Source: Rubripirellula sp. (lineage in GTDB: Bacteria > Planctomycetota > Planctomycetia > Pirellulales > Pirellulaceae). From it: a DNA stretch of 64,000 nucleotides. Position numbers and translations under genes: made by a program. The notes below the pieces were generated by a model. The model was not told the DNA's origin and searched no databases. It saw only the letters and a program-made list of their open reading frames with translations. Shown here in pieces: positions 11,259-20,717 of the stretch (positions are counted from its first letter, which is position 1; every line of letters begins with the position of its first letter). The stretch spans positions 6,208,001 through 6,272,000 of the forward strand of contig OZ244207.1 in assembly GCA_965216875.1 (NCBI GenBank), in the 5' to 3' direction.

Positions 11259-11933
11259 CTAGCGGATGTAGTCGACTTTCATCCGGTAGAAGATTTTGTT
11301 GTCAAAGTCAGTGATGTTGTAGCCTTGGTTGACCCGAAAACTCCCGGCAAGCTTTTTCTTGATCAATCCTGCCTTGGTGGTCAATCCACCGCCCAAGGTG
11401 ATCTCGATCATATCGCTGCTTTTCGGTTGGCCACCAAAACAGCAAGTTCCAAGGTCAGGAACCAAAATGAACTGCCGCAACATTCCCGACCCAGACGAGG
11501 GGTGAATGTAACCTTTGAGAAAGACATCTTCACCGTCGATTTCGAGCGCTTTCGAGGTGGGGCCTTCCAGAGCACCCTGTGGCGTCTGTAGCTCCCAGAA
11601 CCCGACTCGCGTGTAACCATCGGGAACTTCGGTCAGGTAGATGTAGGTATGCAAGCCAACACCGCCGCCGAGGAGCAAAAGATTGGCCATCAAGCCGAAC
11701 TTCGCCAGGCTCTGGCCGCTGAATTCGTTTGGATAGCGCCGAATCGCTCGGAAACCCACGACTGCGGCAATGGCGCCAATCGGTGCCAGCACGAGCAACG
11801 CCGAGAAGAAGGGAAAAAGTCCTGGAAGCGCCAACGCGAAAAACACGACCGACGTCACAGCCCCTCGGCTGATCGCTCGGTAGGGAAACTCGTTCGAATC
11901 TTCGGCTGAAGAGACGGGCAACTCGGCTGACAT
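11259..11933 (-). CDS. Membrane protein with DUF4190-like TM region and DUF3299-like domain
   Basis: Three TM segments followed by DGEDVFLKGYIHP..FILVPDLGTCCFGG. Confidence 0.72.
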   Translation of the reverse strand: MSAELPVSSAEDSNEFPYRAISRGAVTSVVFFALALPGLFPFFSALLVLAPIGAIAAVVGFRAIRRYPNEFSGQSLAKFGLMANLLLLGGGVGLHTYIYLTEVPDGYTRVGFWELQTPQGALEGPTSKALEIDGEDVFLKGYIHPSSGSGMLRQFILVPDLGTCCFGGQPKSSDMIEITLGGGLTTKAGLIKKKLAGSFRVNQGYNITDFDNKIFYRMKVDYIR

Positions 11934-11977
11934 TTTTTACTCTGTGAACAAAAAATCGGCCGTCGAAGCACCGAGCG

Positions 11978-13366
11978 TTATTCGCTCGCGGGCTGGGGAC
12001 CGCCGGAAAGCAACAAGAATTGGAGAATCATGGCCGAAGCCATCGCCAAAGCCAATACGTAGCCTAGTCGCCAAGGGTTCGCTGGCGAGCCCGAAACCAG
12101 ATCAGCAACCTGCGGGACTTCGGCCAATGACGCGGTTGGGCCGGCTGGAAGGGTCGAGCCTCCATCGCCTGGCCGGGTGTCGGTCGCAATCGCCGCCAAA
12201 CCCTCTTTGGATTCATCTTCTACCGACGAGGTGCTCGGTTCCGTTTCGCGTGCAGGAATCGGAATCGTGAAGAAACTGTTAGCGCGTTTGATGCTCTCGG
12301 GATCCACCTCCTCAAGCTCCTTCAGGACCGCCTCCGCTTCCGGCTTGGGACAGGCTCGCAGGTATTGGACGACCGGAACACGCACCCAGTTGTTGTCTTC
12401 GTCTGCTTCGAGGAACAATCGCTTCAAGCGATCGATCTGGCTCCAGTCGCTCCAGCGTGCCAGGTCGGGAATCACAAGGTCTGCCAAGTCGGGGCGTTCC
12501 AACACATGGTGCAATGATTCGACGAGCGCCGTACGTGGGATCACACCACCTTCGGTCCCGTGGAAACGAATCGCCATGATCGCGGCATAGGTGTCGGCGT
12601 AGGGTGCTTTCTTATTGGCCAGGAAGAGTTCGTCGACGAGCGACAAACCTGATTCACCTGAAAGCGTCAGGTAACACGCGATCAAGGCATCGAGGCCGCC
12701 GCGCGTGCTCTTCTGAGTGCTGCGCAACATCTTTTCCAAAAACGGCAAGTCACTCTCATCGCCGCAAACACCAAGCATCGTCAAATAGAGACGCTTGCGG
12801 TCCGTCGTTAGCTCGGGATCGCTCAACCATTCGATGAGCTGGCCACGATCGATTTCAGGCGCGAGTTTCTTGATCGCGTCGTAAGGTGCGATTGCGAACT
12901 CGTCGTAGGTATCACGAGCGAGAATCGATTCGCTGTCGTGAAGGTGCTTGTAATAGAACTTCAGTCGCTCGACCGGGTCGTCCCCCAGTTCAGCAACTTT
13001 GCAGATGTAATCCTCGGCATGTTGGCTGACCGGCAAACAGGACCATTGCATGTCATCAGGATCGACCCCGGTCAACATGAAACGACGACCGATCGAAACA
13101 TCGCCGTAGTAGGTTGCGACGATCTCCTGGCCCACACGGACGTGCTCGCCACCTTTCAAGACCTTTTCGATCTTCATCAGGACATCGCCCGACTCTTTGT
13201 TTCGAGTCGCATCGGACTGAATCGATTGAGCGATCACCACCGCGTCCATCACTTCCATCTCTTGTCGCAGCGTTTGCGAGACTGCGTTGCAGAAGGGACA
13301 GGCATTTGCGATCGAAGCAGGAACCAGGAAGGTTGCTACTAGCAGCAGGGCAATCGCGCGTCGCAT
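11978..13366 (-). CDS. Exported hypothetical protein (CxxC after signal peptide, helical repeats, C-terminal TM)
   Basis: MRRAIALLL..ANA/CPFC and a C-terminal hydrophobic anchor; start ATG 13366. Confidence 0.7.
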   Translation of the reverse strand: MRRAIALLLVATFLVPASIANACPFCNAVSQTLRQEMEVMDAVVIAQSIQSDATRNKESGDVLMKIEKVLKGGEHVRVGQEIVATYYGDVSIGRRFMLTGVDPDDMQWSCLPVSQHAEDYICKVAELGDDPVERLKFYYKHLHDSESILARDTYDEFAIAPYDAIKKLAPEIDRGQLIEWLSDPELTTDRKRLYLTMLGVCGDESDLPFLEKMLRSTQKSTRGGLDALIACYLTLSGESGLSLVDELFLANKKAPYADTYAAIMAIRFHGTEGGVIPRTALVESLHHVLERPDLADLVIPDLARWSDWSQIDRLKRLFLEADEDNNWVRVPVVQYLRACPKPEAEAVLKELEEVDPESIKRANSFFTIPIPARETEPSTSSVEDESKEGLAAIATDTRPGDGGSTLPAGPTASLAEVPQVADLVSGSPANPWRLGYVLALAMASAMILQFLLLSGGPQPASE

Positions 13367-13976
13367 AACGGCATCTTCTCGGGAGGTGGATGGTTGGTTG
13401 TGATCGGGTGGCCGCAAAGCGCCAACGATCACTGTGTGGCCAGCCAGTCACTGGGTGGCCGGGCAATCACAGGGGATCCGCGGCAGGGTATTCGAATGAA
13501 CCCCACAAAGGAGATTCTAGCTCTTTTACCCAATGCACCTCTTCCAACCTTTGCGTCAACCTTGCTCTCTGGCAAAGAGAGTTCAGTTGTTCAGGTGATT
13601 CGGTGTTTCCCAATGATAGGTGGCACCTACCCCCGATGAGAAGTCGTTCTTGGCAATTGATGGCATTTCCGGTGGCGGCTGCGGCGTAAATGGCGTGCTC
13701 GCAGTGGGGCTGGCTGGCCGAAACCGTGAAAATAGACCGGTTGCGAAGAATGTCGGGAAAGCGGGGCTCCGTTTCGGTTCGAAAACGCTCCCTGAACGAC
13801 TCAACCGGTGCTACCGCATCTGCCGATAGTGACGGTACGTCGGGTTGATTGTGCGTCCCGTAACTCTGATCGCGCGTCGACTTGGTACCCATATGAGCGC
13901 TGGCCGTGGACCAGCGAATTGAATTCACACGCAACTGGCCCGTAAAACCTGGGTTGGGTGCTTCGAGGGGGAAGCA

Positions 13977-14303
13977 GTGATGATCCGTCATCTTTTGATT
14001 GCCGCCGTGCTCTCATGCAGCTACGTGGCCATGACTGAATCGGCTTCGGCTGATCAGCGCGCTTTTGGACGCAGTTGGGGGGGCCAGACTGACTTCCGTG
14101 ATTGGAATCGGTTCTATCACTACCCCTATGTTTACTATCCCCAAAACTTCTGGGGACAAGAATACTTCCGCAGCAGCGACAGCTTGTACCACCGCTATCC
14201 GCCAGAGATGCGCATCCCGGTTTACAACAAGCGTTGGCACAACGCGTACCCAAGCAATCGCCGCTTCCACAAGGGCCACCACTTCATCTTGGACACGTTC
14301 TAA
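13977..14303 (+). CDS. Small secreted Tyr/aromatic-rich protein
   Basis: Signal peptide ending ASA, FYHYPYVYYP, and a terminator directly downstream. Confidence 0.72.
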   Translation: MMIRHLLIAAVLSCSYVAMTESASADQRAFGRSWGGQTDFRDWNRFYHYPYVYYPQNFWGQEYFRSSDSLYHRYPPEMRIPVYNKRWHNAYPSNRRFHKGHHFILDTF

Positions 14304-14344
14304 GATCGATTTGGAAACTTGCCGAAAGCTAAAACGAGTTTGAT

Positions 14345-14372
14345 AGGGGCGTCCGCAAGGACCGCCCCTTTC
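14345..14372 (+). terminator. Rho-independent terminator
   Basis: Hairpin aggggcgtccgcaaggaccgcccc followed by tttt. Confidence 0.6.
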
Positions 14373-14505
14373 TGCTGTTGGTCCCATTCTGCTGTTGATC
14401 CCAGCGGTAGGTCTTCCGCAGGACGCGCGTTGGCGCGAGCATCGCGTGCCGGCCAATGAAGCGACTAAACTGAGATTGGGCGTTTCGTGACTGCGGCAGA
14501 ATCTT

Positions 14506-15897
14506 ATGGCGACGGGAACCAAGTTCAGAAACTTTGCGCGAATGTTGGATGCTTCCGACGTTCCGCTCTGGATCATTAGCTCCTCGGGAAAGCTTGTTTA
14601 TCTTTCCGCGGGCGTTGAAACTTGGCTAGGAATTGATCCCGAATCGCTGCTTGATCGTCATTGTGTTGCGGGCACACCTCTTTCCGATGATCCACTTGAT
14701 GCTGTCGCCGCATCAATGTCTCCACCGCCAGGCCTGCGAGAACGCGGCACCGCTTCGCTTAAAGTGCAGCCGCCAAGTCATGATGGGCGTCGCATCGAAT
14801 CGATGGAAGTTCGATTTGTGCGGATCGGAAAACAAGACCCAATGACCATCGCCGTCGCGGGCGAGTTTGATGACCGTGTTTTGGATCACGACCTGCACGA
14901 TGCGGTCGCTGTTCGCAACAAGCTCGATGCTTGGCGAAAACACCACCGACAACTCGCCGCGATCGCCACCGCGGGCGTCTCGAACCAATCGCGGAGGTTA
15001 CGATCACGGCTTCAAGTCGCTTCCACCGCGCGGTGCCACATTGCCTTCTTTGGACCGCCTGGGAACGGTGCCGAATCGATCGCCCTTCGAGTCCACCAGA
15101 GCTCTGCACCCGGCGAGCCGATTGTGACAGTCGATGGTCCGCTGATGGACGCCGAATTGCTTGACGCAATGGTGATGCCTTTGATCCATCGCTTGGCCGA
15201 CGCGAACGATGCAACCGCAACTGCGCTGATCCGTGGCCTGGACGAAATGCCATCGGAAGCCCAAAACCGGCTCGCCGAATTGGTCGCGTCCTATTCACCG
15301 CGACTTCGGTTGCTCTGTCTTTGCGGCGAGTGCCCCGAAGTCATGCGCGAGCCACTCGATCGATCGGAAACAGAGATAGCCGAAGTCAGTCTCGAAGAAG
15401 ACCCACGGGGAAAAATCCACCCTGGGTTGCAAGATGTGGTTAGCACATTGACGGTGACTTGCTATCCGTTGGCCCAGCGTGTCGAAGACATCCCGTTGCT
15501 TGCTGCGGCAATGGTCGATGCCCGCCATGCCGCCGGCGATGGAACGGCTCAGCGCCTCAGTCGAGCGGCGCTCGATGCCTTGGTCAGCTATCCATGGCCA
15601 AAGAACTTCGATGAACTTAGCGACGCGATGCGACATGCCGTGCGGACTGCCAATCGTGAATCGATTGGTGTCGAACACCTGCCACTGGCCATTCGCTCGT
15701 ATCGAACCGGCGAAACCAACCGCGCCGCTAAATTCGTCGGTTCCCTCGATGAAGCCGTCGGACGTTACCAACAACGTTTGATCAACGAAGCCGTCGAGGC
15801 GGCCGATGGCAATCGCGCCGAAGCCGCACGACGACTCGGCATCAGTCGTGCCCGATTGCTCCGAAAACTCGACGAAGCGGATGGCAAGAGTGATTGA
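14506..15897 (+). CDS. Degenerate NtrC/Fis-type regulator (PAS-like, AAA-like, HTH_8)
   Basis: PLAQRVEDIPLL, YPWPKNFDEL, and Fis HTH GNRAEAARRLGISRARLLRKL; no GAFTGA motif. Confidence 0.8.
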   Translation: MATGTKFRNFARMLDASDVPLWIISSSGKLVYLSAGVETWLGIDPESLLDRHCVAGTPLSDDPLDAVAASMSPPPGLRERGTASLKVQPPSHDGRRIESMEVRFVRIGKQDPMTIAVAGEFDDRVLDHDLHDAVAVRNKLDAWRKHHRQLAAIATAGVSNQSRRLRSRLQVASTARCHIAFFGPPGNGAESIALRVHQSSAPGEPIVTVDGPLMDAELLDAMVMPLIHRLADANDATATALIRGLDEMPSEAQNRLAELVASYSPRLRLLCLCGECPEVMREPLDRSETEIAEVSLEEDPRGKIHPGLQDVVSTLTVTCYPLAQRVEDIPLLAAAMVDARHAAGDGTAQRLSRAALDALVSYPWPKNFDELSDAMRHAVRTANRESIGVEHLPLAIRSYRTGETNRAAKFVGSLDEAVGRYQQRLINEAVEAADGNRAEAARRLGISRARLLRKLDEADGKSD

Positions 15898-16291
15898 GTT
15901 GCCACCCGAGATGGCCCACATTCGGCCTTGGGTCATTAGCGACCCGAGTGGACGGTGGCTTGAAGGAGCTCGCCGGTTTGCCCCCCAATTGACCCCCAAA
16001 CCTCTGGTGGCCTCCGTCACCGAAGCGACCAGCGACCAAGCGACCGCGCGAATTCGGGCCGAATCCAAGGGGGTCGTTCTGTGGGCCACACAACCGAATC
16101 AGTTTGCGGAACTCTGTGATTGCGTCGGTCGAGCAGCGATCGAGCGCCCAGAACTGCTCCGTCTTGTTGCCGTCGAAGGGCTATCCAACGACGAACTTCT
16201 TGTTTTGGGTGAGTTCCAGGTTTCGGCGATCGTTCGACATCCCGAGCAGCTTCCGGGACTCAAGGCGATGATTCGACGCTATTTCGCGTAG
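15881..16291 (+). CDS. Hypothetical protein, possible pseudo-receiver fold
   Basis: Overlaps the end of the regulator; alternating beta/alpha pattern. Confidence 0.55.
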   Translation: MARVIELPPEMAHIRPWVISDPSGRWLEGARRFAPQLTPKPLVASVTEATSDQATARIRAESKGVVLWATQPNQFAELCDCVGRAAIERPELLRLVAVEGLSNDELLVLGEFQVSAIVRHPEQLPGLKAMIRRYFA

Positions 16292-16383
16292 ACCTGATCA
16301 AGCTGCGACAGCGACGCAGATCCGGCATTTAGATCACTCTTTCCCCGGCGTTCCGCGTGTCGTTTACGGCCCGTCGCGACCAT

Positions 16384-16406
16384 CACGCTCTGGCGAGCAT
16401 AGCTAC
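16384..16406. repeat. REP family B single copy
   Basis: cacgctctggcgagcatagctac, matching copies at 43680-43756 and 44888-44964. Confidence 0.75.
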
Positions 16407-16544
16407 GGTGATGGGGGCCCGAACGCGGGCGGATTTGCCAACTACTGGACAATCTCTACCCTGACGTGCGACCCTTTGGTCTGCGCGAAAGCCATTCTCG
16501 GCCTCCAGACGGCTACCAACTCAAGATCCAACCAGCCACTCATC

Positions 16545-17639
16545 ATGAACAAGCCAACGGTCGAATCCGTTCGTCAACTCATCGGTCAACACCCTGATCC
16601 CGAAACGGGGCGCCCCTTGGAATCGACCGGTCAACTGGGCGATGTCGCGGTTGACGACACAACGATCAACGCGACGATCGGGTTGAGTTCCCATTCGGCG
16701 CCCATCAAGACCGAAGTTTGCGATGCAATTGAATCGAAGTTGGTCGCACAACATCCGGGTTGCAAAGTCAACTTGAACGTCATTGACCACGAACGGCCAC
16801 CCGCGCGTGTGGGCCAAATTGGTTTGCGAGCCAAAAGTGTGATCGCTGTCGGCAGTGGAAAGGGCGGCGTTGGCAAGAGCACCGTCGCCGCATCACTCGC
16901 ACTGACACTGCGCCGGATGGGTTCCAAAGTGGGCTTGATGGACGCCGATGTGTATGGGCCAAGTATTCCTCACCTGCTTGGACTGACCGGTCGTCCAACG
17001 GTTTCAGACAACAAGACGATCGAACCGATTCAATTGACCGGTCCATCAGCGGGTGGCGACATGCCAGTGATGTCGATGGGCTTTTTGGTTGAACCTGATC
17101 AAGCGGTCATCTGGCGCGGACCCATGCTGCACGGTTCGATCAACCAGTTTCTAAGCGACACCGATTGGGGACCACTCGATTACCTGATCATCGACATGCC
17201 TCCGGGCACCGGTGATGTTGCGCTGACCCTTTCACAAGCGATCCCACTTGCCGGCAGCGTTGTCGTTTGCACACCCCAAGAAGTGGCGCTGCTTGACGCG
17301 ATCAAGGCGATCAGCATGTTCCGCAAAGTGAACATCCCCATTCTTGGTATGGTCGAAAACATGAGCGGCTTCTTGTGTCCGGATAACGGCAAGACATACG
17401 ACATCTTTGGCCGTGGTGGAGCAAGAGAACGCGCTGAACAGACCGACGTGCCCTTCTTGGGCGGTTTGCCCATCGACATCAAGCTTCGAACCGCGGGCGA
17501 TGAAGGTCGGTTGGCCGAAGTGATCGAGTCGGACGAGGCTGCTCGAGCTCCGATCGATGCCATCGCAACTGCGCTTGTCCGAAATCTGGCTTCACGGTCG
17601 GCCGCCAGTCCCCCGAAACCAAGCCTGCCCACGCTGTAG
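16545..17639 (+). CDS. apbC: Mrp/NBP35 Fe-S cluster carrier ATPase
   Basis: SGKGGVGKST, DADVYGPS, WRGPM, DMPPGTGD, ENMS..CP. Confidence 0.95.
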   Translation: MNKPTVESVRQLIGQHPDPETGRPLESTGQLGDVAVDDTTINATIGLSSHSAPIKTEVCDAIESKLVAQHPGCKVNLNVIDHERPPARVGQIGLRAKSVIAVGSGKGGVGKSTVAASLALTLRRMGSKVGLMDADVYGPSIPHLLGLTGRPTVSDNKTIEPIQLTGPSAGGDMPVMSMGFLVEPDQAVIWRGPMLHGSINQFLSDTDWGPLDYLIIDMPPGTGDVALTLSQAIPLAGSVVVCTPQEVALLDAIKAISMFRKVNIPILGMVENMSGFLCPDNGKTYDIFGRGGARERAEQTDVPFLGGLPIDIKLRTAGDEGRLAEVIESDEAARAPIDAIATALVRNLASRSAASPPKPSLPTL

Positions 17640-17675
17640 TTTGTGGTATCGCCTTCAGGCGGAATGCGAGAGTCT

Positions 17676-17772
17676 CGGCTCCGCGGGAGCGTCGCCCTCC
17701 CAAAACCGCCTGAATCACGGCTCCGCGGGAGCGCCCTCCCAAATCGAGCGTCACTCTCCCCAAAACCGCCTG
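17676..17772. repeat. REP family F tandem cluster
   Basis: cggctccgcgggagcg(tcg)ccctccc twice and caaaaccgcctg twice. Confidence 0.7.
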
Positions 17773-17780
17773 TGGCGCAT

Positions 17781-17824
17781 AAAGAAAGCCGCCCCGGGAG
17801 ACACTCCCTGGTGCGGCTTTTTGT
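17781..17824. terminator. Bidirectional terminator between apbC and the histone-like gene
   Basis: aaagaaagccgc..gcggctttttgtt, a hairpin with A/T tails on both sides. Confidence 0.7.
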
Positions 17825-17889
17825 TCAACGTCGGGCAAGCGGCTTCGATTAAGAAATCGAAGCCGGCAAATTGCCTTTCGTACAGTTTA

Positions 17890-18144
17890 CTAGCGACGCT
17901 TTTTAGCGGCTTTTTTCTTAGCCGTACGCTTCTTAGTAGCTTTCTTCTTGGTAGCTTTCTTCTTAGCTGCTTTCTTTTTAGCAGCCTTCTTCTTAGTCGT
18001 ACGCTTCTTAGCGGCCTTCTTCTTGGTTGCTTTCTTCTTTGCAGCCTTCTTCTTGGTCGCTCGCTTCTTAGTTACTTTCTTCTTAGCGGCCTTCTTTTTG
18101 GTCGCTCGTTTTGTAACTTTCTTCTTCGCTTTTTTCTTGGCCAC
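17890..18144 (-). CDS. Histone H1-like Lys/Ala/Thr-rich DNA-binding protein (84 aa)
   Basis: GGAGG RBS (18151-18155) then GTG at 18144; about 15 pentapeptide repeats of the KK(K/R)A(A/T) type. Confidence 0.85.
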   Translation of the reverse strand: MAKKKAKKKVTKRATKKKAAKKKVTKKRATKKKAAKKKATKKKAAKKRTTKKKAAKKKAAKKKATKKKATKKRTAKKKAAKKRR

Positions 18145-18320
18145 GTTCTTCCTCCGCAAGAAAGGAAACGTTGGCGAGTCCTCGTGACTTTTAAAACGAA
18201 ACGCTTCAGAAGCCACCGGCCACGGCTCACCAACCGTTATTTGTGGTTGAATCTCCGAGCTTCGATGACTCCTTCATTGTCGACATCGGTTTTGCTCATC
18301 CTTTCAACCGTTCAGAAACT

Positions 18321-18420
18321 GCGCGTAACTTTACGCGCTTCTGTGGATTCCGCAACATCTTTTTTGAAAAAAAGTGCTTGCGTGGAAAAAGTTTTTTGTT
18401 ACGCAGACGCGTTTTTTCAC
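18321..18420 (-). promoter_or_regulatory. Candidate sigma70 promoter with UP-like A/T tracts and an operator palindrome over the -10 element
   Basis: TTGCGG-N16-TAAAGT on the minus strand (18355-18328); inverted repeat gcgcgtaa-ct-ttacgcgc at 18321-18338. Confidence 0.5.
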
Positions 18421-18509
18421 TGCGATTAGTCACTTCTTTGCGCAACACAACGTGCAAAACGTGCGCTATAGACAAGACAAACGCGCATGCGCGCGGTGTT
18501 GGACACTTC

Positions 18510-19397
18510 CTAGTAACGCCAACCACCACGTTGTTGCAGCATCTGAAAATTTGTGATCGCAAGTGACAAAAAAAGTATGCCCATGAACATTTGGTCGTTG
18601 CCAAAACCATACGCGGCAAGCAAACCCGCAGCGATCAAACTGATCCACGTTGCTTGATCGGTGTTACCACCACCAAGTACCACCGCCGATCGACAGATGC
18701 GCCCACCATCAAGCGGCCAAACAGGAACAAGGTTTAACAACCCCCAAAGAACACTTGGCCAAATGTAAAAAATGCTGAACGCAAACAGCCCTGCGTTCTC
18801 GATCGGTTTGCCTTGAACGATCCACTCGATGTTGCCCAAACCAGCCGGCATGAGCTTAAACGCAACGACTTGGTAGTCGCCCATCTTCAGTAAACCGATC
18901 AAGATTGCCGCCGATGCCAGTTGAAATGCCGGTCCAGCAAGCGCAATCCATAGCTCTTGAGACGCGGTCAACTGCGAATAGCTGCGGCCACCACCACCAA
19001 ACGAATCGCGCGGGATCGCCAAACCACCAAAGTGGTACAGCACGATCGATGATTCGATCCCACACATGCGAAAGGCGATCGAGTGGCCAAGTTCGTGGAT
19101 CAAAATCGACACCAGCATGCACAAACCCCAAAGCACATGCAGCGCCGCCAGACCCGGTCCTCGGTCGCCAAGCGAAAACTGAACGAGTTGGATCAATCCG
19201 AACCCAAAAACCAACGCGCCGAGCCAAAAAGACCACGCAACGCGAATCGGAAACCCGAGCAGATTGAAGCGGAGGTCGTAGGGCGACGGGGTCGGTTCTT
19301 GCAGCAACATCGGGTTGGAAAGCTCTGGATCTTTGTTGTCTGTGCCAAGCCGCAGGTCGGCTTGAATCACCGGCGTCGTAAGACCGGCTCCGGACAT
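18510..19397 (-). CDS. Site-2 protease (peptidase M50)
   Basis: HELGH, IALAGP, NLVPVWPLDGG. Confidence 0.93.
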   Translation of the reverse strand: MSGAGLTTPVIQADLRLGTDNKDPELSNPMLLQEPTPSPYDLRFNLLGFPIRVAWSFWLGALVFGFGLIQLVQFSLGDRGPGLAALHVLWGLCMLVSILIHELGHSIAFRMCGIESSIVLYHFGGLAIPRDSFGGGGRSYSQLTASQELWIALAGPAFQLASAAILIGLLKMGDYQVVAFKLMPAGLGNIEWIVQGKPIENAGLFAFSIFYIWPSVLWGLLNLVPVWPLDGGRICRSAVVLGGGNTDQATWISLIAAGLLAAYGFGNDQMFMGILFLSLAITNFQMLQQRGGWRY

Positions 19398-19468
19398 GAT
19401 GATCCTACGCCGTTATTCTGTCATCGTGGCACGGCGCATGGCTCACCTTTCCTGGCAACCGGATCCGT

Positions 19469-20698
19469 TCATGGCAATCGGAACACAGAATACCTTGAAT
19501 CAGCACCTAGGTTACCAAACGTCTTACCGTACTTCTCCTTCAAGGCACGTACCTTGCGGCGGCTGATCGGATTGTAGGCTAAGTGGATCTTCGTTCGCTT
19601 GCGGCGTTTCTTGGCTCGAGCCAATTGGTCAACGCCAAGATGACCGATTCGATTTCGACGCAAATTCAACTCGACCAGGTTTTCTAGCAGATCACTCTCG
19701 CAAAGTGCTTCGATCCCATCATCGCGTATGCGATTGGATGAAAGATCGAGTTGCCTAAGATGGGGGTAGTGCTGGCACAGCTCCATCAACACATTGCTTG
19801 GACACCTGCCGCCGTAGCTGAGCCGCGATAAGTTGGGCAACGGATCATCAACGTTGAAGACATCGGGATCCGGAAGCGATCGACTTCGGATCATCAGGTC
19901 TTCGAGTTCACGACACGAAGTTCCCGATTGCAGTTTCCGAATCGCATGTTGTCCAAAGACACCCGAAACGTGCAACGTCTTGAGTTGTCGCAAGTTTGGT
20001 GCCTCTGCGAACGCTTGCAACGAATCATCGTATTCGCTGGCGAGCGTTAGCGAACGCAAGCTAGTGAGCTCGCTTGAACCGGCGATGAACTTGCCCACAC
20101 CGTGGTTGTGCCTGATCAACGACAACGATTCGAGTTTGCGGAACGAAGGCTGGTTTGCGATCAGTCGACCGATTTGCTGGGGCAATTCCGATTCGTCAAT
20201 CAACAGCGATCGAAGGTTTCGCAGTCGGCCACAGGCGAACAATCCCTCAAGCTGGCTTTCACGTGCTCGCGTGTTGAGCAGCTTCAATGACGAAAGTTGT
20301 TCGAGGTGTTCGGACTTTTGCAGGTCATCGAACTTGGCGGACGTGTAGCGAAGCACAACCGAACGCACGGGAGAATTGGCAAAGATCTCGTCTTGGAGCT
20401 TCAAGAACTTTGCAACGGAAACTTCAACCTTGTCGATGAACCCGCCGCGAGTCCCAATCACTTTTACGAAGGTCGGCACACTTCCGAAATGCCCATATTG
20501 GCGCAGCAGTTTCAGTTCACGACTTCTTAGCTTGCGGCGTTTCGGATCCCACTTGTCGATGTCGGCAAGCTGAAACTGCAATCGAATCAACTCGCCGCGC
20601 GGATCACCCTGCTCTTCCAGATAGTCGGCAAAAACGAGACGCGCGGCATCTTCGTGCGGGTTCGCGATGATCGCAGCAATGAAGTCGTCAGGTGTCAC
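19469..20698 (-). CDS. TIGR02996 domain protein with leucine-rich repeats
   Basis: FIAAIIANPHEDAARLVFADYLEEQGDPRGELIRLQ; LRRs LRQLDLSSNRIRDDG and LVELNLRRNRIG; start GTG 20698 (or TTG 20734). Confidence 0.9.
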   Translation of the reverse strand: MTPDDFIAAIIANPHEDAARLVFADYLEEQGDPRGELIRLQFQLADIDKWDPKRRKLRSRELKLLRQYGHFGSVPTFVKVIGTRGGFIDKVEVSVAKFLKLQDEIFANSPVRSVVLRYTSAKFDDLQKSEHLEQLSSLKLLNTRARESQLEGLFACGRLRNLRSLLIDESELPQQIGRLIANQPSFRKLESLSLIRHNHGVGKFIAGSSELTSLRSLTLASEYDDSLQAFAEAPNLRQLKTLHVSGVFGQHAIRKLQSGTSCRELEDLMIRSRSLPDPDVFNVDDPLPNLSRLSYGGRCPSNVLMELCQHYPHLRQLDLSSNRIRDDGIEALCESDLLENLVELNLRRNRIGHLGVDQLARAKKRRKRTKIHLAYNPISRRKVRALKEKYGKTFGNLGADSRYSVFRLP

Positions 20699-20717
20699 GT
20701 CGAAACCCCGCGGCTTG

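Noticed and set aside
13433..13976. Long intergenic region checked for tRNA, ncRNA, sigma54 site or small ORFs
   Set aside because: No cloverleaf, recognisable riboswitch or -24/-12 consensus was found; the short ORFs lack coding features
17557..18429. 290-aa plus-strand Leu/Phe-rich ORF and 79-aa FFLAA-repeat ORF
   Set aside because: Both are antisense shadows of the Lys-rich gene, which has the RBS and terminator
18510..19397. Including the M50 protease and H1-like gene in the Clp-RF system
   Set aside because: They share the strand, but M50 is a common housekeeping gene and the H1-like gene appears to have its own promoter; linkage cannot be supported from one genome
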